Program-made: the position numbers and the translations under genes
Origin: Myxococcales bacterium
Lineage (GTDB): Bacteria; Desulfobacterota; Binatia; HRBIN30
Assembly (NCBI GenBank): GCA_037445065.1
Contig: JBBILD010000010.1
Coordinates: forward strand, 1-64,000
Direction: 5' to 3'
Length of the DNA stretch: 64,000 bases
Part shown: positions 10,394-22,138 of the stretch, piece after piece
Layout: each line of letters begins with the position of its first letter
Position numbering within the stretch: position 1 is the first letter of the stretch
Notes under the pieces: generated by a model
What the model was told of the DNA's origin: nothing
What the model saw: only the letters and a program-made list of their open reading frames with translations
The model's database searches: none

Positions 10394-11413
10394 TCAACCG
10401 AGCACCAACTCGGCCATGGTCCGCACCACCGACATGTCGTGCGACATGACGAGCAACATCGTCACTGGGCTTTCCCGCCAAGCCGCCAAGCGATCGCGGA
10501 TCCGCTCTTTCGGACCGACCAGAGAGATTTCATCCGCGAACTCGTCCGGCACCGCTGCCATCGCCTGGTCGCGCCGATTGGCGAAAAACAACTCCTGGAT
10601 TCGCTCCGCTTCGGCGGCAAAGCCCATGCGGGCCATGAGTTCTTTGTGGAAGTTTTTCCGCTTGGCACCCATGCCGCCAATGTAAAAGCCCAGCATCGCC
10701 TTCACCGGTAGGAGCGCCGTTTTCACGTCCGTACCCACGTTGACGAACACCAGCGGTGCGATTTCAAAACCGGGCCGTGCATGCCGGATCTGATCCGCGT
10801 AAACCTCGGGCCGATACGGCGAGTAATACAAGGGAAACCACCCGTCACACAGCTCAGCGGCCAAGGCAACATTCCTCGGGCCCTCCGCCCCTAACCAAAT
10901 CGGTAGGTCCGCGCGCAGGGGGTGGGTGATCGATCGCAGTGGCTTGCCCAACCCCCAAGCGTTCGGTCCCCGATACGGCAGAGGGTAGTGGGGTCCAGGA
11001 TTGGTAACAGGCTCTCTGCGCTCCAGTACCTTACGGATGATCGAAATGTACTCGCGGGTTCGCGCCAGCGGCTGCCCGAAAGGCTGCCCATACCAGCCCT
11101 CCACCACTTGCGGACCAGAAACACCGAGTCCCAAGATCACGCGGCCGCCGCTCAAATGATCCAAGGTCAGCGCCGCCATCGCGGTAGCAGTGGGCGTGCG
11201 CGCAGACATCTGCGCAATCGCCGTTCCCAGCCGGATGCGTTTGGTGTGGGCTCCAATCCAAGCCAGCGGCGTAAAGGCATCCGAACCCCATGCCTCGGCA
11301 GTGAATACTGCGTCGTAGCCTAAACGCTCCGCTTCTTGTGCCGCTTGCACGAATCCCTCCGGCGGCCGCGCGCCCCAGTAACCAAGTTGCAACCCTAATT
11401 TGAGGTCTTTCAT
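10394..11413 (-). CDS. LLM-class (probably F420-dependent) oxidoreductase
   Basis: KLGLQLGYWG, AEAWGSDA, LGLGVSGPQVVEGWYG, FYIGGMGAK. Confidence 0.9.
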   Translation of the reverse strand: MKDLKLGLQLGYWGARPPEGFVQAAQEAERLGYDAVFTAEAWGSDAFTPLAWIGAHTKRIRLGTAIAQMSARTPTATAMAALTLDHLSGGRVILGLGVSGPQVVEGWYGQPFGQPLARTREYISIIRKVLERREPVTNPGPHYPLPYRGPNAWGLGKPLRSITHPLRADLPIWLGAEGPRNVALAAELCDGWFPLYYSPYRPEVYADQIRHARPGFEIAPLVFVNVGTDVKTALLPVKAMLGFYIGGMGAKRKNFHKELMARMGFAAEAERIQELFFANRRDQAMAAVPDEFADEISLVGPKERIRDRLAAWRESPVTMLLVMSHDMSVVRTMAELVLG

Positions 11414-11543
11414 GGTGCACCCTCTAATCAGAGAGCGCGCGTCGAAGAAACTACTCCTGCGCTGTAACTTTTCGGTTGCACGTGCGATCGTCTCCCGGCA
11501 CGATTGTGCTCGTGAGTGCGTTTGCGGAGGCGGAGGAAAAATC

Positions 11544-13085
11544 GTGAACAAACAACTTGCCCGGACGATTGCAGCATTCGTACTTCTCGCTCTGGTTCCC
11601 AGCTCCGAGGCGCGGGCGGAAAGCGATCCCCGTTCAGTAAGCGACATGCTGCTCGACTACATGAAGCTCGGCAGTGATGAGTGGCAACGGCGCGCGGAGC
11701 AACTGTTCCGCCAGGGCGATCTCAAAGCCGCGCTTTCCGCGGCGCAGGAAGCGGCACGTTTGCGCCCAGGGTCAGCCTATTTGCACCGGCTGCTCGGTTA
11801 TCTACACGCGGCTTTGGGCGAACACCGTGAGGCACGGGCAGAGTTCGAACGCGCGGCTGCCCTCGACCCCAAGCTGCGCGTGAATCTGGCGGACTTCTAT
11901 TTGGCCCAGGCACTTAACGAACTCGAAACCCAACTGCGGCTCAACCCAGCCGACCCGGAGGTGGCCAAGCGAGTGCGCGCGGTGGCCGCCTTGGCCGAGA
12001 TCCAACCGGAACTCAAGAACCTGCTGCGCGCCTCGACCGAAAACGTGCGCGGCGACGCGCGCTCAGCGTTGGTTCCGCCGCTTCGCCTCTCCGACCGAGC
12101 GCCGTATGCTCTGGTGGTGGAGAAGCGAACCCAAACCGCGCGCTTGTATCGTTGGACCCCGGCTGGTTTGGTGGTCGAACGCACGTACCCAGTGACGACC
12201 GGCCAAGCCTCCGGTGAAAAGAAAAAGCGCGGTGATCTGCGCACGCCTGATGGTGTCTATTCCGTGGTAGACCTCATTCCTGGAGATCAACTGCCGGAAA
12301 TCTACGGCGCGTTTGCGTTGCCGCTTAACTACCCGAACGCGTGGGACCAGCTCCAGGGCCGCAACGGGCACGGGATCTGGATCCACGGATCGGACCGGCT
12401 CACGCAGCCGCTGCGCCCACGCGAGACCCGCGGCTGCGTGGTGATGCGCGGCGAAGACCTGCTCGGGCTCGTGCAACTCGTCACACCACAACTCACCCCA
12501 GTCGTGATTGCAGAGAACGTGCCTTTCCGGACCATGGAAACCTGGCAAAAAGAGTTCGGACCGCTCTTCGAACTCGCGCGCTCTCCCGATGTAGCCGCCC
12601 TTGCCGTGGGCCCTGATTACGCCGCCCTCTTCCGCTTGAACGGGGGGCAGCTGATCCGCGAGTATCGGCAGCCGAAGGGCCTCGCGATTGAGCTTGCCCG
12701 CGAGGAGGTCGCTCTGCTCCCAGCCGATGCTTGGCAGCAAAAGTTGGCCGCGGTGATGCCCGCAGAGATTGCTTCACTCGAAACCGTGAAAGTGCGCAAG
12801 GACTCTACGTTGCCCCGGCTGATCATCGAGACCAGCGCTCCATCCAAGCCTCGTCCCCTAAAGCCGGAAACGCGGGAAGCATTCTACCTCGACTTTCCCG
12901 GGGTAAGACCAGGCCCTGTACCGCAGACGATCGTGGGCGACGGGAAGTGGATTCGGCAAGTGCGCGTGGCCGCAAGCCAAATGGATCCACCGGTGACGCG
13001 CCTCGTAGTCGAGCTGAATCAGCCGAGCAACTACCGAGTCTCCACCAACGGCAACGAAACAATCGTGTATCTGACCGGCCGCTAA
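11544..13085 (+). CDS. TPR + L,D-transpeptidase (YkuD) + AMIN-like domain protein
   Basis: GTG start after GGAGG; signal peptide; TPR helices; GDLRTPDGVY, IWIHG...TRGCVV; C-terminal YLDFPG...VRVA...TRLVVEL. Confidence 0.85.
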   Translation: MNKQLARTIAAFVLLALVPSSEARAESDPRSVSDMLLDYMKLGSDEWQRRAEQLFRQGDLKAALSAAQEAARLRPGSAYLHRLLGYLHAALGEHREARAEFERAAALDPKLRVNLADFYLAQALNELETQLRLNPADPEVAKRVRAVAALAEIQPELKNLLRASTENVRGDARSALVPPLRLSDRAPYALVVEKRTQTARLYRWTPAGLVVERTYPVTTGQASGEKKKRGDLRTPDGVYSVVDLIPGDQLPEIYGAFALPLNYPNAWDQLQGRNGHGIWIHGSDRLTQPLRPRETRGCVVMRGEDLLGLVQLVTPQLTPVVIAENVPFRTMETWQKEFGPLFELARSPDVAALAVGPDYAALFRLNGGQLIREYRQPKGLAIELAREEVALLPADAWQQKLAAVMPAEIASLETVKVRKDSTLPRLIIETSAPSKPRPLKPETREAFYLDFPGVRPGPVPQTIVGDGKWIRQVRVAASQMDPPVTRLVVELNQPSNYRVSTNGNETIVYLTGR

Positions 13086-13347
13086 ATCCCGAGCGCAGCG
13101 CGCCCAGGGTAAAACCTGCAGTGTCAAAACGGTCCGTTGAACCGTTCGTTTTTGTACGCTCGGGCGGAACCAGGAGCCCACTCTGGGCAAACCAAACCAA
13201 GTGCGGGCCGCCTGTGCATCTGGCACATCATCTGCTCACGCTGATACACGCACCCGACTGCTGAGGAGTTACAAACGGAACGAGCGTACTGTGGAAACCT
13301 CTTACCAGGCCGCCTGGGCGCACGCGGCAGGCTGAAAGGGGGGAAGA

Positions 13348-15597
13348 GTGGAGGAGACTTGGGAGGACCAACGAACGCAGCTCCTTGGCGAGCGACTGCG
13401 CAAATCCTTGCTCCTTGTTGCCACCATTTTACTCGCTTTTGCTGTTGGTGAGTGGTTCTGGAATCGTGAGGTCCTTGGATCACTGTACTTCCTGAAACTC
13501 ATGGAATTTGCGACCGTAGGTCTAGCTGCGGTCGTCGTACGCAAGCAGGCCAACTTTCGACAGCTGGTGTGGACGGCACTGGCCGTTTTCGCGACCCTAT
13601 GCGTCACCTCTGCGCTCGCGGGTATCGCGGTCCTCGATCCCGTCACGCCCGCCCTGGTGATCACAATCCTTTCCCTGGCCACGGCGACGGTTCTGCCATG
13701 GGGCTGGCAGGCACAGCTTGTCGCCGCCCTGATTGCCGTTGCAGCCGTGAGCGGCCAGGCCTGGGCCTTGAGTTCCTTGCTGCACGGAGAAACCAACTAC
13801 CTGTATATCGCCACGTTGGCTGCCGCAGCCGCCTCGGTTTATGTTTCGGCCGAACTCGAGCGGTACCGCCAAGAGCGGGATCGCATCGAGCAGGAATTGC
13901 GTGCCGCACGGGAAGCGGCAGAGCGCGCCAGTGAGGCCAAGATGCAGTTTCTGGCGAACGTCAGCCACGATTTCCGGACGCCCCTCAATGGCATCATCGG
14001 GATGACTCAAATCGCCCTCGAAACAGAACTCGACCCCGAGCAGCGCGAATACTTGGAAATCGTGCGCCTGTCCGCCGATACCTTGCTCTCACTGATCGCC
14101 GATATTCTCGATTTGTCCCGAATCGAAGCTGGTGACCTGCGCCTCGAACCCATTCCATTTTCTCTCTTGGAACGATTGGGCGATACGATGAAAGGGCTTG
14201 CCATCCGCGCACACCAGAAGGGGCTCGAGTTGGCCTGGCGAGTCGCCCCCGAGGTTCCGAAGTACGTGGTTGGCGACCCAGCCCGGCTGCAACAAATCGT
14301 GTACAATCTGGTGAGCAACGCGATCAAATTCACCGAGTCAGGGCACGTGCTGCTCGAAGTAGAGGTTCACTCCCGGAAGGACTCCGAACTGGTCCTCCAC
14401 TTCGCCGTGCGCGACACCGGTAGCGGGATCGCACCGGAGGAACAGGACCACATCTTCGAGCCCTTCGAGCATGGAGGGCTGAGCAGCGGCAGCACGCGCG
14501 TAAGCGCCGGGCTCGGGTTGGCAATCTCTAAGCGCTTGGTCGAACTCATGGGCGGTCGGATCTGGGTGGAAAGCGAGCCCGGCAAAGGGTCACATTTCCA
14601 TTTTACAGCCAGTTTTGCGATACCGTCCGAGCGACCACGGCGCCGCCCCGCCCTGCCTGCAGAGGCACTCGGAACACCCGTGCTCGTTGTAACCAGCGAA
14701 GCGTTGACCAGGCGGATACTCGGAGAAATGTTGGCCGCCTATGGGCTTCAGGTTCACACCGCCGATCGCAGCGCCACAGCCTGGCATCTCCTGCGCACTC
14801 TAGCGGCCGAGCAGTCACCGATTCGCCTGCTGTTTCTGGATACCGTTCTCGTGGACGAAAGCGGCTTCGCGCTCGCCGAGCGAGTGCTGCTCGACCCCAC
14901 ATTGGGCTTGCCGCACATCGTTTTACTCAGCGCCAGCACACGCTTGGGAGACGCCGGTCGCGCGATCGCACTCGGGCTAGCACCACCCTTGATCAAGCCT
15001 GTTCGTTACGAAGAACTCGAGCGCGCCGTGAACACCGCCCTCGGTGTACATTCCGAACTGACTGTCGTCCGCGAGGTCACGCCCCCTTACCCAACCGTAG
15101 CCAGCAGGCCGCGCCGGCGTATCTTGTTGGCAGAGGACAACGCGATCAACCAGCAGCTCGTCAGGCGTTTACTCGAGCCGCGCAATGTGGAGGTTGTCGT
15201 GGTGGAGAACGGTGCCGAGGCCATCGCCGCCGTGCAAAAAGAGCCCTTCGACTTGATCCTCATGGATTTGCAAATGCCGGTGATGGACGGCATCGCCGCA
15301 GCGCAAACGATTCGAAGTCTCGAGCCACCCGATCGCCCGCGTATGCCGATCATTGCCCTGACCGCGCACGCTCTCCCTGGAGACCAAGAGCGCTGTCTCG
15401 CCGCGGGGATGGACGCTTACATCAGCAAACCGATCCAAGCACGCCAGCTCATTGACACAGTAGAAGCCTTCCTGGCGGGGCGCCCGCGCAACCCACCAGC
15501 ACCGAGTTCGCCTGCACCAAACGGGGCCCCTCCGGGAAGCGCACCTGGCTCCGGTCCAAGACCAGGGAGGGACGATCTGGACTTCCGCTCTCACTGA
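13348..15597 (+). CDS. Membrane-bound hybrid sensor histidine kinase/response regulator
   Basis: N-terminal TM helices; [16 protein letters not shown]-box; NAIKFT, DTGSGI and GLGLAI boxes; two receiver domains (second: LAEDN, LMDLQMP, SKP). Confidence 0.95.
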   Translation: MEETWEDQRTQLLGERLRKSLLLVATILLAFAVGEWFWNREVLGSLYFLKLMEFATVGLAAVVVRKQANFRQLVWTALAVFATLCVTSALAGIAVLDPVTPALVITILSLATATVLPWGWQAQLVAALIAVAAVSGQAWALSSLLHGETNYLYIATLAAAAASVYVSAELERYRQERDRIEQELRAAREAAERASEAKMQFLANVSHDFRTPLNGIIGMTQIALETELDPEQREYLEIVRLSADTLLSLIADILDLSRIEAGDLRLEPIPFSLLERLGDTMKGLAIRAHQKGLELAWRVAPEVPKYVVGDPARLQQIVYNLVSNAIKFTESGHVLLEVEVHSRKDSELVLHFAVRDTGSGIAPEEQDHIFEPFEHGGLSSGSTRVSAGLGLAISKRLVELMGGRIWVESEPGKGSHFHFTASFAIPSERPRRRPALPAEALGTPVLVVTSEALTRRILGEMLAAYGLQVHTADRSATAWHLLRTLAAEQSPIRLLFLDTVLVDESGFALAERVLLDPTLGLPHIVLLSASTRLGDAGRAIALGLAPPLIKPVRYEELERAVNTALGVHSELTVVREVTPPYPTVASRPRRRILLAEDNAINQQLVRRLLEPRNVEVVVVENGAEAIAAVQKEPFDLILMDLQMPVMDGIAAAQTIRSLEPPDRPRMPIIALTAHALPGDQERCLAAGMDAYISKPIQARQLIDTVEAFLAGRPRNPPAPSSPAPNGAPPGSAPGSGPRPGRDDLDFRSH

Positions 15598-15628
15598 GGC
15601 CACGTGGGCTGAGCCCGCTGCATTTCCG

Positions 15629-16396
15629 TCAACGCATGCCACCGTCCACGCGAACGATCGCCCCGGTGGTAAAACTGGAGGCGTCGCTCACGAGGTAGAG
15701 CGCGGTACCGATGATCTCACTCGGCTGACCAGCGCGGCGCAGCGCCATAAACGAAGACGCATACTGCTGAAACGCGTCAAGATCCCACGCTCGTGCAACG
15801 TCGGTAAGAAATGGACCAGCCTCGATCGCGTTGACTCGCACTTTCGGCCCGTACGCGTGCGCGAGGGCAATGGTCAGCGCGTTCAAGCCAGCCTTCGCTG
15901 CCGCGTATGGAGCCTCCAAGGGGCTCGGGCGCGAGGCTGCCACACTCGACACATTGAGGATCACCCCGCCCTCCCCCGCCGCCATCCGCGCACCGATCAC
16001 TGCCGCGAGCCGGAACGGACCTTTGAGGTTGACCGCCAGCACCTTGTCGTACAGCTCTTCCGAAACCTCGGCGAGTGAAGGGTACAGGGGAGACATGCCA
16101 GCGTTGTTGACCAGGATGTCGACCCGCCCAAAGCGGCGGTACGCGGCTTCGATGAGCTGATCCACTTCGGCCCACCGACCCACGTGACAGCCTACCGCGA
16201 GAGAGCGCCGCCCCAAGGCTTCCACCTCGGCAGCTACTTTGGCGCAATTGTCGAGCTTGCGGCTGGCAATGACCACGTCGGCTCCACACGCCGCAAAGGC
16301 GAGCACCATTTCTCGCCCGAGCCCGCGACTGCCACCCGTAACCAAGGCAACTTTCCCGGATAGGTCGAAGAGTTTGTGCACCTCTGCGCGCGTCAT
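15629..16396 (-). CDS. Short-chain dehydrogenase/reductase
   Basis: [17 protein letters not shown]. Confidence 0.93.
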   Translation of the reverse strand: MTRAEVHKLFDLSGKVALVTGGSRGLGREMVLAFAACGADVVIASRKLDNCAKVAAEVEALGRRSLAVGCHVGRWAEVDQLIEAAYRRFGRVDILVNNAGMSPLYPSLAEVSEELYDKVLAVNLKGPFRLAAVIGARMAAGEGGVILNVSSVAASRPSPLEAPYAAAKAGLNALTIALAHAYGPKVRVNAIEAGPFLTDVARAWDLDAFQQYASSFMALRRAGQPSEIIGTALYLVSDASSFTTGAIVRVDGGMR

Positions 16397-16542
16397 GGCC
16401 GCGCAAGGCTAGCCCTGCTCATCCGCTCGGAGCAACCGCCACACGTATCCCATGGGGCAGCTCGCAGCCTTCTGGCTTGCATGAACCAGGAATTCTCGCC
16501 ACAAGTTGGGCTCCGAGGTGCCCGAAAGACGGCGGAGGGCTC

Positions 16543-18579
16543 ATGCGCATCGGAAAGTTGTTACTCTGGCTCGCAATCGCGCTGGCGGGCGCAGTGGCAA
16601 TCGCGCAGATTGCTTGGCTGCGTGGCGAAACAGTGAACGCAGTGTGGTTCATTCTCGCTGCCGTTTGCGTGTACGCCATCGGGTACAGATTCTATAGCGC
16701 CTTTCTCGCGGCGCGGGTTTTCGCCCTCGATGCCTGCCGGCCGACTCCCGCAGAAATCATCAATGACGGAAGGGACTTCGTTCCCACCAACCGCTGGGTG
16801 GTCTTCGGGCATCACTTCGCTGCAATCGCTGGTCCCGGCCCATTGATCGGACCAACGCTTGCCGCACAGTTCGGGTACTTGCCGGGTACCTTGTGGATCC
16901 TCATCGGGGTCGTACTCGGGGGCGCTGTGCAGGACTTTTGTGTTCTCTGCGGCAGCCTGCGCCGGGGTGGGCGCTCGCTCGGCCAAATGGCGAAGGATGA
17001 AATCGGTCCCCTCGGCGGCTTTGCCGCCTTGGTCGGCGTGTTCTCGATCATGATCATCCTGATTGCGGTCCTCGCCCTGGTTGTGGTCAATGCGCTGCGG
17101 CACAGTCCCTGGGGGACGTTCACGGTAGGTGCCACGATTCCCATTGCGATGATCATGGGACTGTACATGCGCTGGGTGCGCCCTCACGACGTTGTAGGGG
17201 CGACCGGGCTCGGGCTCGTTTTGCTATTCTTCGCTCTGATCGGTGGGCGTTGGGTGGACCAGCACCCGACGCTCAGCGTGTGGTTCACGCTAACCGGGCC
17301 GCAACTCGCGTGGGCGATCATCGCCTACGGCTTCGCTGCCTCGGTACTTCCCGTTTGGCTCCTGCTCGCCCCCCGCGATTACCTCTCCACCTTCGTCAAG
17401 TTGGGAACCATTTTTGCCTTGGCGACGGGCATTTTGATCATGCGCCCCGAGATCGAGTTGCCGGCCGTAACCCAATTTGTAGACGGGACGGGCCCGATCT
17501 TCGCCGGCAAAGTGTTTCCTTTTTGCTTCATCACGATTGCTTGCGGGGCCATTTCTGGCTTTCACTCCCTGATCTCGTCCGGCACGACCCCGAAGTTGCT
17601 GCGCTCCGAGTCCGACGCTCCCATGATCGGTTACGGCTGCATGCTCCTGGAATCGTTCGTCGCGATCATGGCAATGATAGCCGCTGCCTCGCTCAAACCA
17701 GGCGTGTACTTTGCCATCAATAGTCCTGCCGGCGTGGTCGGTAGCGATCCCGTAATCGCAACGGAGCGAATCTCATCGTGGGGATATCCGGTCACTGTGC
17801 AAGAGATGGAAACCCTCGCCGCCGAAATCGGGGAGCGTACCTTGTTTGCCCGCACCGGCGGGGCGCCCAGCCTGGCGGTCGGCATGGCGCATATTTTCGC
17901 CAACGCACTGAGCAACACCGCCATTGCCCTTTGGTATCATTTTGCCATCATGTTCGAGGCGCTCTTCATTCTTACCACGCTCGATGCTGGTACGCGTGTC
18001 GGCAGGTTCCTACTCCAGGACTTGCTCGGGAACTTGTGGCAACCGCTCGGGCGCACCGCCTGGTATCCGAGCATCATACTGACGAGTGCCATCGTGGTCG
18101 CAGCCTGGGGCTATTTCCTGTACCAGGGCGTGGTGGATCCCTTAGGGGGTGTCAACATCCTGTGGCCTCTGTTCGGCATTGCCAACCAACTGCTAGCTGC
18201 CATCGCTCTCGTCGTGGTCGCAACCATCCTGGTTCGGGAAGGCCGAGCGCGTTACCTGTGGGTGCCACTGATTCCCTTATGCTGGTTGTTGGTCGTGACC
18301 TTCACGGCCGGTTTTCTGAAGATTTTTTCCCCCGACCCGACGCTCGGTTTCCTCGCGCAAGCCCAGTCCCTGCAAGCGGACCTGGCCGCCGGGACAGTTG
18401 CCGCCGAGCAGATGCGGCAAGTGAGAGCACAGATTTTCAACTTACGGGTGGATGCCGTGGTGACCGGAATGTTTCTCCTCCTCGTCGGTCTTATTGTCAT
18501 CGAGGCAAGCCGCGCATGGTATCGCGCACTGGTGCACGAGCGCTCTACGATCGCTCCGGAGGTTGGGACTGCCGCCTGA
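16543..18579 (+). CDS. cstA: Carbon starvation protein A (peptide/pyruvate transporter)
   Basis: [49 protein letters not shown]. Confidence 0.95.
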   Translation: MRIGKLLLWLAIALAGAVAIAQIAWLRGETVNAVWFILAAVCVYAIGYRFYSAFLAARVFALDACRPTPAEIINDGRDFVPTNRWVVFGHHFAAIAGPGPLIGPTLAAQFGYLPGTLWILIGVVLGGAVQDFCVLCGSLRRGGRSLGQMAKDEIGPLGGFAALVGVFSIMIILIAVLALVVVNALRHSPWGTFTVGATIPIAMIMGLYMRWVRPHDVVGATGLGLVLLFFALIGGRWVDQHPTLSVWFTLTGPQLAWAIIAYGFAASVLPVWLLLAPRDYLSTFVKLGTIFALATGILIMRPEIELPAVTQFVDGTGPIFAGKVFPFCFITIACGAISGFHSLISSGTTPKLLRSESDAPMIGYGCMLLESFVAIMAMIAAASLKPGVYFAINSPAGVVGSDPVIATERISSWGYPVTVQEMETLAAEIGERTLFARTGGAPSLAVGMAHIFANALSNTAIALWYHFAIMFEALFILTTLDAGTRVGRFLLQDLLGNLWQPLGRTAWYPSIILTSAIVVAAWGYFLYQGVVDPLGGVNILWPLFGIANQLLAAIALVVVATILVREGRARYLWVPLIPLCWLLVVTFTAGFLKIFSPDPTLGFLAQAQSLQADLAAGTVAAEQMRQVRAQIFNLRVDAVVTGMFLLLVGLIVIEASRAWYRALVHERSTIAPEVGTAA

Positions 18580-18608
18580 CGGCGGAACGGACTCTGTAAC
18601 CGGAACGA

Positions 18609-19301
18609 TCAATAAAACCACGGCGGGAGTTCGTCCGTAACCTCATCACGCTGCGGCCGCTGAGCGGGAGCCGTACGCGGCGGAACGGTGGGCGGGGCGA
18701 CTCTGCGCGCGGCTGTCGGCGTACGTGTTGGGCGTGGCGAAGGGCTGGGCGGCCGCGGTGGCTGCCGGCGTTCGGGCGTGGGCGAGAACCACAGGATGGG
18801 AAAGGCGGGCACTCGAATGACCGGCGTGTTTGTAGGGGTGCGCGCCGGACGAACCGCCCGTTGTGCGGGCAATCCGCGCCCCGCTCCGTGCGTTGGCGGC
18901 GCCGGCGGCTTCGCTTCCGCCCCCGCGGCCGGCTGTGTCTCCGGAGCGGTCTCTCCGCCCAAGAAAGAACGAAACACGGCCTGACAATCTTGCGTCGTGT
19001 GAGCAAACGACAGCGAACGCAGCCACTGGGGTACCCGCCCCCCACTGTGGTGGCGAACCACGTCCTCGATCACCGACAAGTACTGTTCCGCGGCCGACAG
19101 CAGTTCTGCCTGCTCCCGGTTCGGCGTTTGTCGCAACAGTTGGGCCCGGCGCACGCACACCTCGAAGGCTTCGGCAAAGAGGCCCTTCGCGTCGAGCTTC
19201 TCCAACGCCGCGCGCTCCTTGTTGTCCGCTGGCCCATACCAGCGTGCAACCGCTGGCAGCGCTGCCAAGCAGAACCCGGCAATCAGGCAGAGGAGTCGCA
19301 T
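18609..19301 (-). CDS. Hypothetical secreted protein with Pro-rich tail
   Basis: Signal peptide MRLLCLIAGFCLAALPAVA; helical domain with two Cys; Pro/Thr/Arg-rich C-terminus. Confidence 0.6.
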   Translation of the reverse strand: MRLLCLIAGFCLAALPAVARWYGPADNKERAALEKLDAKGLFAEAFEVCVRRAQLLRQTPNREQAELLSAAEQYLSVIEDVVRHHSGGRVPQWLRSLSFAHTTQDCQAVFRSFLGGETAPETQPAAGAEAKPPAPPTHGAGRGLPAQRAVRPARTPTNTPVIRVPAFPILWFSPTPERRQPPRPPSPSPRPTRTPTAARRVAPPTVPPRTAPAQRPQRDEVTDELPPWFY

Positions 19302-19419
19302 CGGCGTAATCATCCCGAAACGGCGGGCGAAGGCAAGAAGCAGATCGGGCGCCCCGCTTTGAAAACGTACGCTCCGCCCGTGCCCCTCCACACGGGGGGC
19401 TCTTGTTTCAACTTCAGCC

Positions 19420-21723
19420 TTATTCTGCGGCAGCGGGGCTACTGGCCCGTTCTTCCAGCGGCTGGATGCGGAAGATCAGGCCCTCCGGTCCCGCGTCCAC
19501 TTCGACACGTCCACCGTTTTGCAGGCGACCGAAAAGCATCTCGTCCGCGAGGACGCGCTTGATCTCCGTTTGGATCACGCGCGCCATCGGCCGAGCACCA
19601 AAAGCTCGGTCGTACCCCTTCTCCGCCAAGTACCGCCGCGCAGCGGCCGTGATTTGCAAGAACACCCGCCGCTGGTTGAGCTGAGCATCGAGCTGCGCAA
19701 TGAACTTGTCCACCACTCGTTCGATGATTTCCGGGCTCAGTGCTTGGAAGTGGACGATGGCGTCCAAGCGGTTTCGGAACTCCGGACTGAACAAGCGCTG
19801 TAACGCTTCTTGCGCTTTGTGCTCGTTCGACCGGCCACCAAATCCAATTGCCGCGGCCGCCGATTCTTGCGCCCCAGCATTGGTGGTCATGATCAGGATC
19901 ACGTTGCGAAAATCCGCCTTGCGGCCGTTGTTGTCCGTCAGGGTAGCGTGATCCATCACTTGCAGCAGGATGTTGAACAGATTCGGATGTGCCTTTTCGA
20001 TTTCATCCAGCAAGAGAACGGCGTGAGGCGAGCGGCGAATCGCGTCAGTGAGCAGCCCGCCTTGATCGAATCCCACGTAGCCCGGAGGTGCGCCGATCAA
20101 CCGCGATACCGTGTGCGCCTCGGAGTACTCGCTCATATCGAAACGCAGGAACTCGACCCCTAGAGTCAGAGCGAGCTGCTTGGCCACCTCGGTCTTCCCC
20201 ACACCGGTTGGACCCGCGAACAAAAAGCAGCCCACTGGCCGATCGGGTTGCGACAATCCCGCCCGCGAGAGCTTGATGGCTGAGACGACCGTTTCGATCG
20301 CCTGATCCTGGCCAAAAACGCTGAGCTTTAAATCACGCTCGAGTGTCTGCAGCCGTTCGCGATCCGATACCGAAACTGAACGAGGCGGGATCTTGGCGAT
20401 GTTCGCGACCACTTGCTCGATGTCCCGCACCCGCACAACGCGCCGTTTCTGGCCGGCTGTGCCTTCCACTTGAAGCTTGGCGCCGGCTTCATCAATCACA
20501 TCAATAGCCTTGTCCGGCAGGTGCCGGTCATTGATGAAACGCGCGGCCAACTCGGCTGCAGCCCGCAACGCGTCTTTGGTGTACGTCACACCGTGATGCC
20601 GTTCGTAATGGCGCTTGAGCCCGCGCAGAATTTCGACCGTTTCGTCCACGGTCGGCTCGGTCAACTCGATCTTCTGGAAGCGACGCGCCAAGGCCCGGTC
20701 TCGTTCGAAATGGTTTTTGTAGTCCTGATACGTCGTCGCTCCGATGCAGCGAAGCTCGCCCGACTGCAACGCTGGCTTGAGAATGTTGGACGCATCGAGC
20801 GAACCGCCACTGGCTGCGCCCGCCCCGACCAAGGTGTGAATCTCATCCACAAAAAGGATCGCATTGGGTTGCCGACGCAGCCCGGCCAGGACTCCTTTCA
20901 ACCGTTGCTCGAAATCCCCACGAAAGCGGGTGCCGGCTAGCAGAGCGCCCATATCGAGCGCATAAATCTTGGCGTTGCGCAGAGCTGGCGGCACCTTGCC
21001 TTGGTGGATCATCAACGCCAACCCCTCTGCCAGCGCTGTTTTACCCACACCCGGATCACCCACAAACACCGGGTTGTTTTTCTGGCGCCGGCAGAGCACG
21101 TACGCCGTTCTCGCCAGCTCTCGCTGGCGGCCAATAATCGGATCAATGCGCCCTTGCGCAGCCTTAGCCACTAACTCGGTAGTGTAGAGCGCGAGCGGAT
21201 CTCGCCGACGGGGCCGCGCCGAGCTGATCAGCGCCTCTTCATCCTCGTCCTCGTCACTCTCGATTCCCTCGCCCACCACATCGTCTCCTACCTTGGAGAC
21301 ACCGTGCGAGATGTAATTCAGCACGTCCAGCCGGCTGATCCCTTGCTGCTCCATGAAGTAGGCGGCATGCGAGTCCGGCTCGCGGAAAATCGCCACCAGC
21401 ACGTTGCGGGCCTGAATTTCATCCTTTCCGGCGGACTGCACGTGCGCCGCTGCACGCTGGAGTACACGCTGGAAACCAGTGGTTTGTTGCGGCTGAACGG
21501 GTAGCCCGTCAGGCACCCGCTCTAAGTGACGCTCGAAAAAAACCTCGAGGTTCTTCTTGAGCGCGTCCACATCCCCACCGCAATGGCGGATGATGTCAAT
21601 AATGTCCTCGTCGTGGAGCAGCGCATACAACAAGTGCTCGATGCAAACGAACTCGTGTCGGCGCCGCCGCGCTTCGTTGAACGCAAGCGCTAAAGAGATT
21701 TCCAGCTCGCGGCTGATCCGCAT
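19420..21723 (-). CDS. clpA: ATP-dependent Clp protease ATP-binding subunit ClpA
   Basis: Clp-N (RRRHEF..IEHLL), two AAA+ modules (GDPGVGKT; GPTGVGKT), no ClpB M-domain; lies directly behind clpS. Confidence 0.96.
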   Translation of the reverse strand: MRISRELEISLALAFNEARRRRHEFVCIEHLLYALLHDEDIIDIIRHCGGDVDALKKNLEVFFERHLERVPDGLPVQPQQTTGFQRVLQRAAAHVQSAGKDEIQARNVLVAIFREPDSHAAYFMEQQGISRLDVLNYISHGVSKVGDDVVGEGIESDEDEDEEALISSARPRRRDPLALYTTELVAKAAQGRIDPIIGRQRELARTAYVLCRRQKNNPVFVGDPGVGKTALAEGLALMIHQGKVPPALRNAKIYALDMGALLAGTRFRGDFEQRLKGVLAGLRRQPNAILFVDEIHTLVGAGAASGGSLDASNILKPALQSGELRCIGATTYQDYKNHFERDRALARRFQKIELTEPTVDETVEILRGLKRHYERHHGVTYTKDALRAAAELAARFINDRHLPDKAIDVIDEAGAKLQVEGTAGQKRRVVRVRDIEQVVANIAKIPPRSVSVSDRERLQTLERDLKLSVFGQDQAIETVVSAIKLSRAGLSQPDRPVGCFLFAGPTGVGKTEVAKQLALTLGVEFLRFDMSEYSEAHTVSRLIGAPPGYVGFDQGGLLTDAIRRSPHAVLLLDEIEKAHPNLFNILLQVMDHATLTDNNGRKADFRNVILIMTTNAGAQESAAAAIGFGGRSNEHKAQEALQRLFSPEFRNRLDAIVHFQALSPEIIERVVDKFIAQLDAQLNQRRVFLQITAAARRYLAEKGYDRAFGARPMARVIQTEIKRVLADEMLFGRLQNGGRVEVDAGPEGLIFRIQPLEERASSPAAAE

Positions 21724-21727
21724 GATC

Positions 21728-22054
21728 TTACGCCTCCTCGATACTGCAGCGCAGCGGGTACTCGTGCTTTCGGGCCAACGCCTCCACTTGCGATACACGC
21801 GTCTCCGCGACCTCGCGCGGGTAAATTCCAGCGACGCCAACCCCGCGATGGTGTACGTGCAACATGATTCGCACCGCGTCCTCCTGACGGTGGTGGAAGA
21901 CGGTCATCAGCACATACACCACGAAGTCCATGGTTGTGTAGTCGTCATTGTGCAGGAGTACCTTGTACAGCTTAGGCCGCCTGAGTCGGCGCCGGGTCCG
22001 GGTCCGCGCCGCCGCTTCTACTTCCGACTCATCGCTCGGCCGCCAGAGACTCAT
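21728..22054 (-). CDS. clpS: Clp protease adaptor ClpS
   Basis: YKVLLHNDDYTTMDFVV...IMLHVH..GVG...YPLRC. Confidence 0.96.
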   Translation of the reverse strand: MSLWRPSDESEVEAAARTRTRRRLRRPKLYKVLLHNDDYTTMDFVVYVLMTVFHHRQEDAVRIMLHVHHRGVGVAGIYPREVAETRVSQVEALARKHEYPLRCSIEEA

Positions 22055-22138
22055 GGCGGCACCGAGATTAGCACCCACTCGGGAGGGGACAACCGATCTC
22101 GCGTCCGCGGCTCGCCGCTCGCTGCCGGCTGCATGCGT

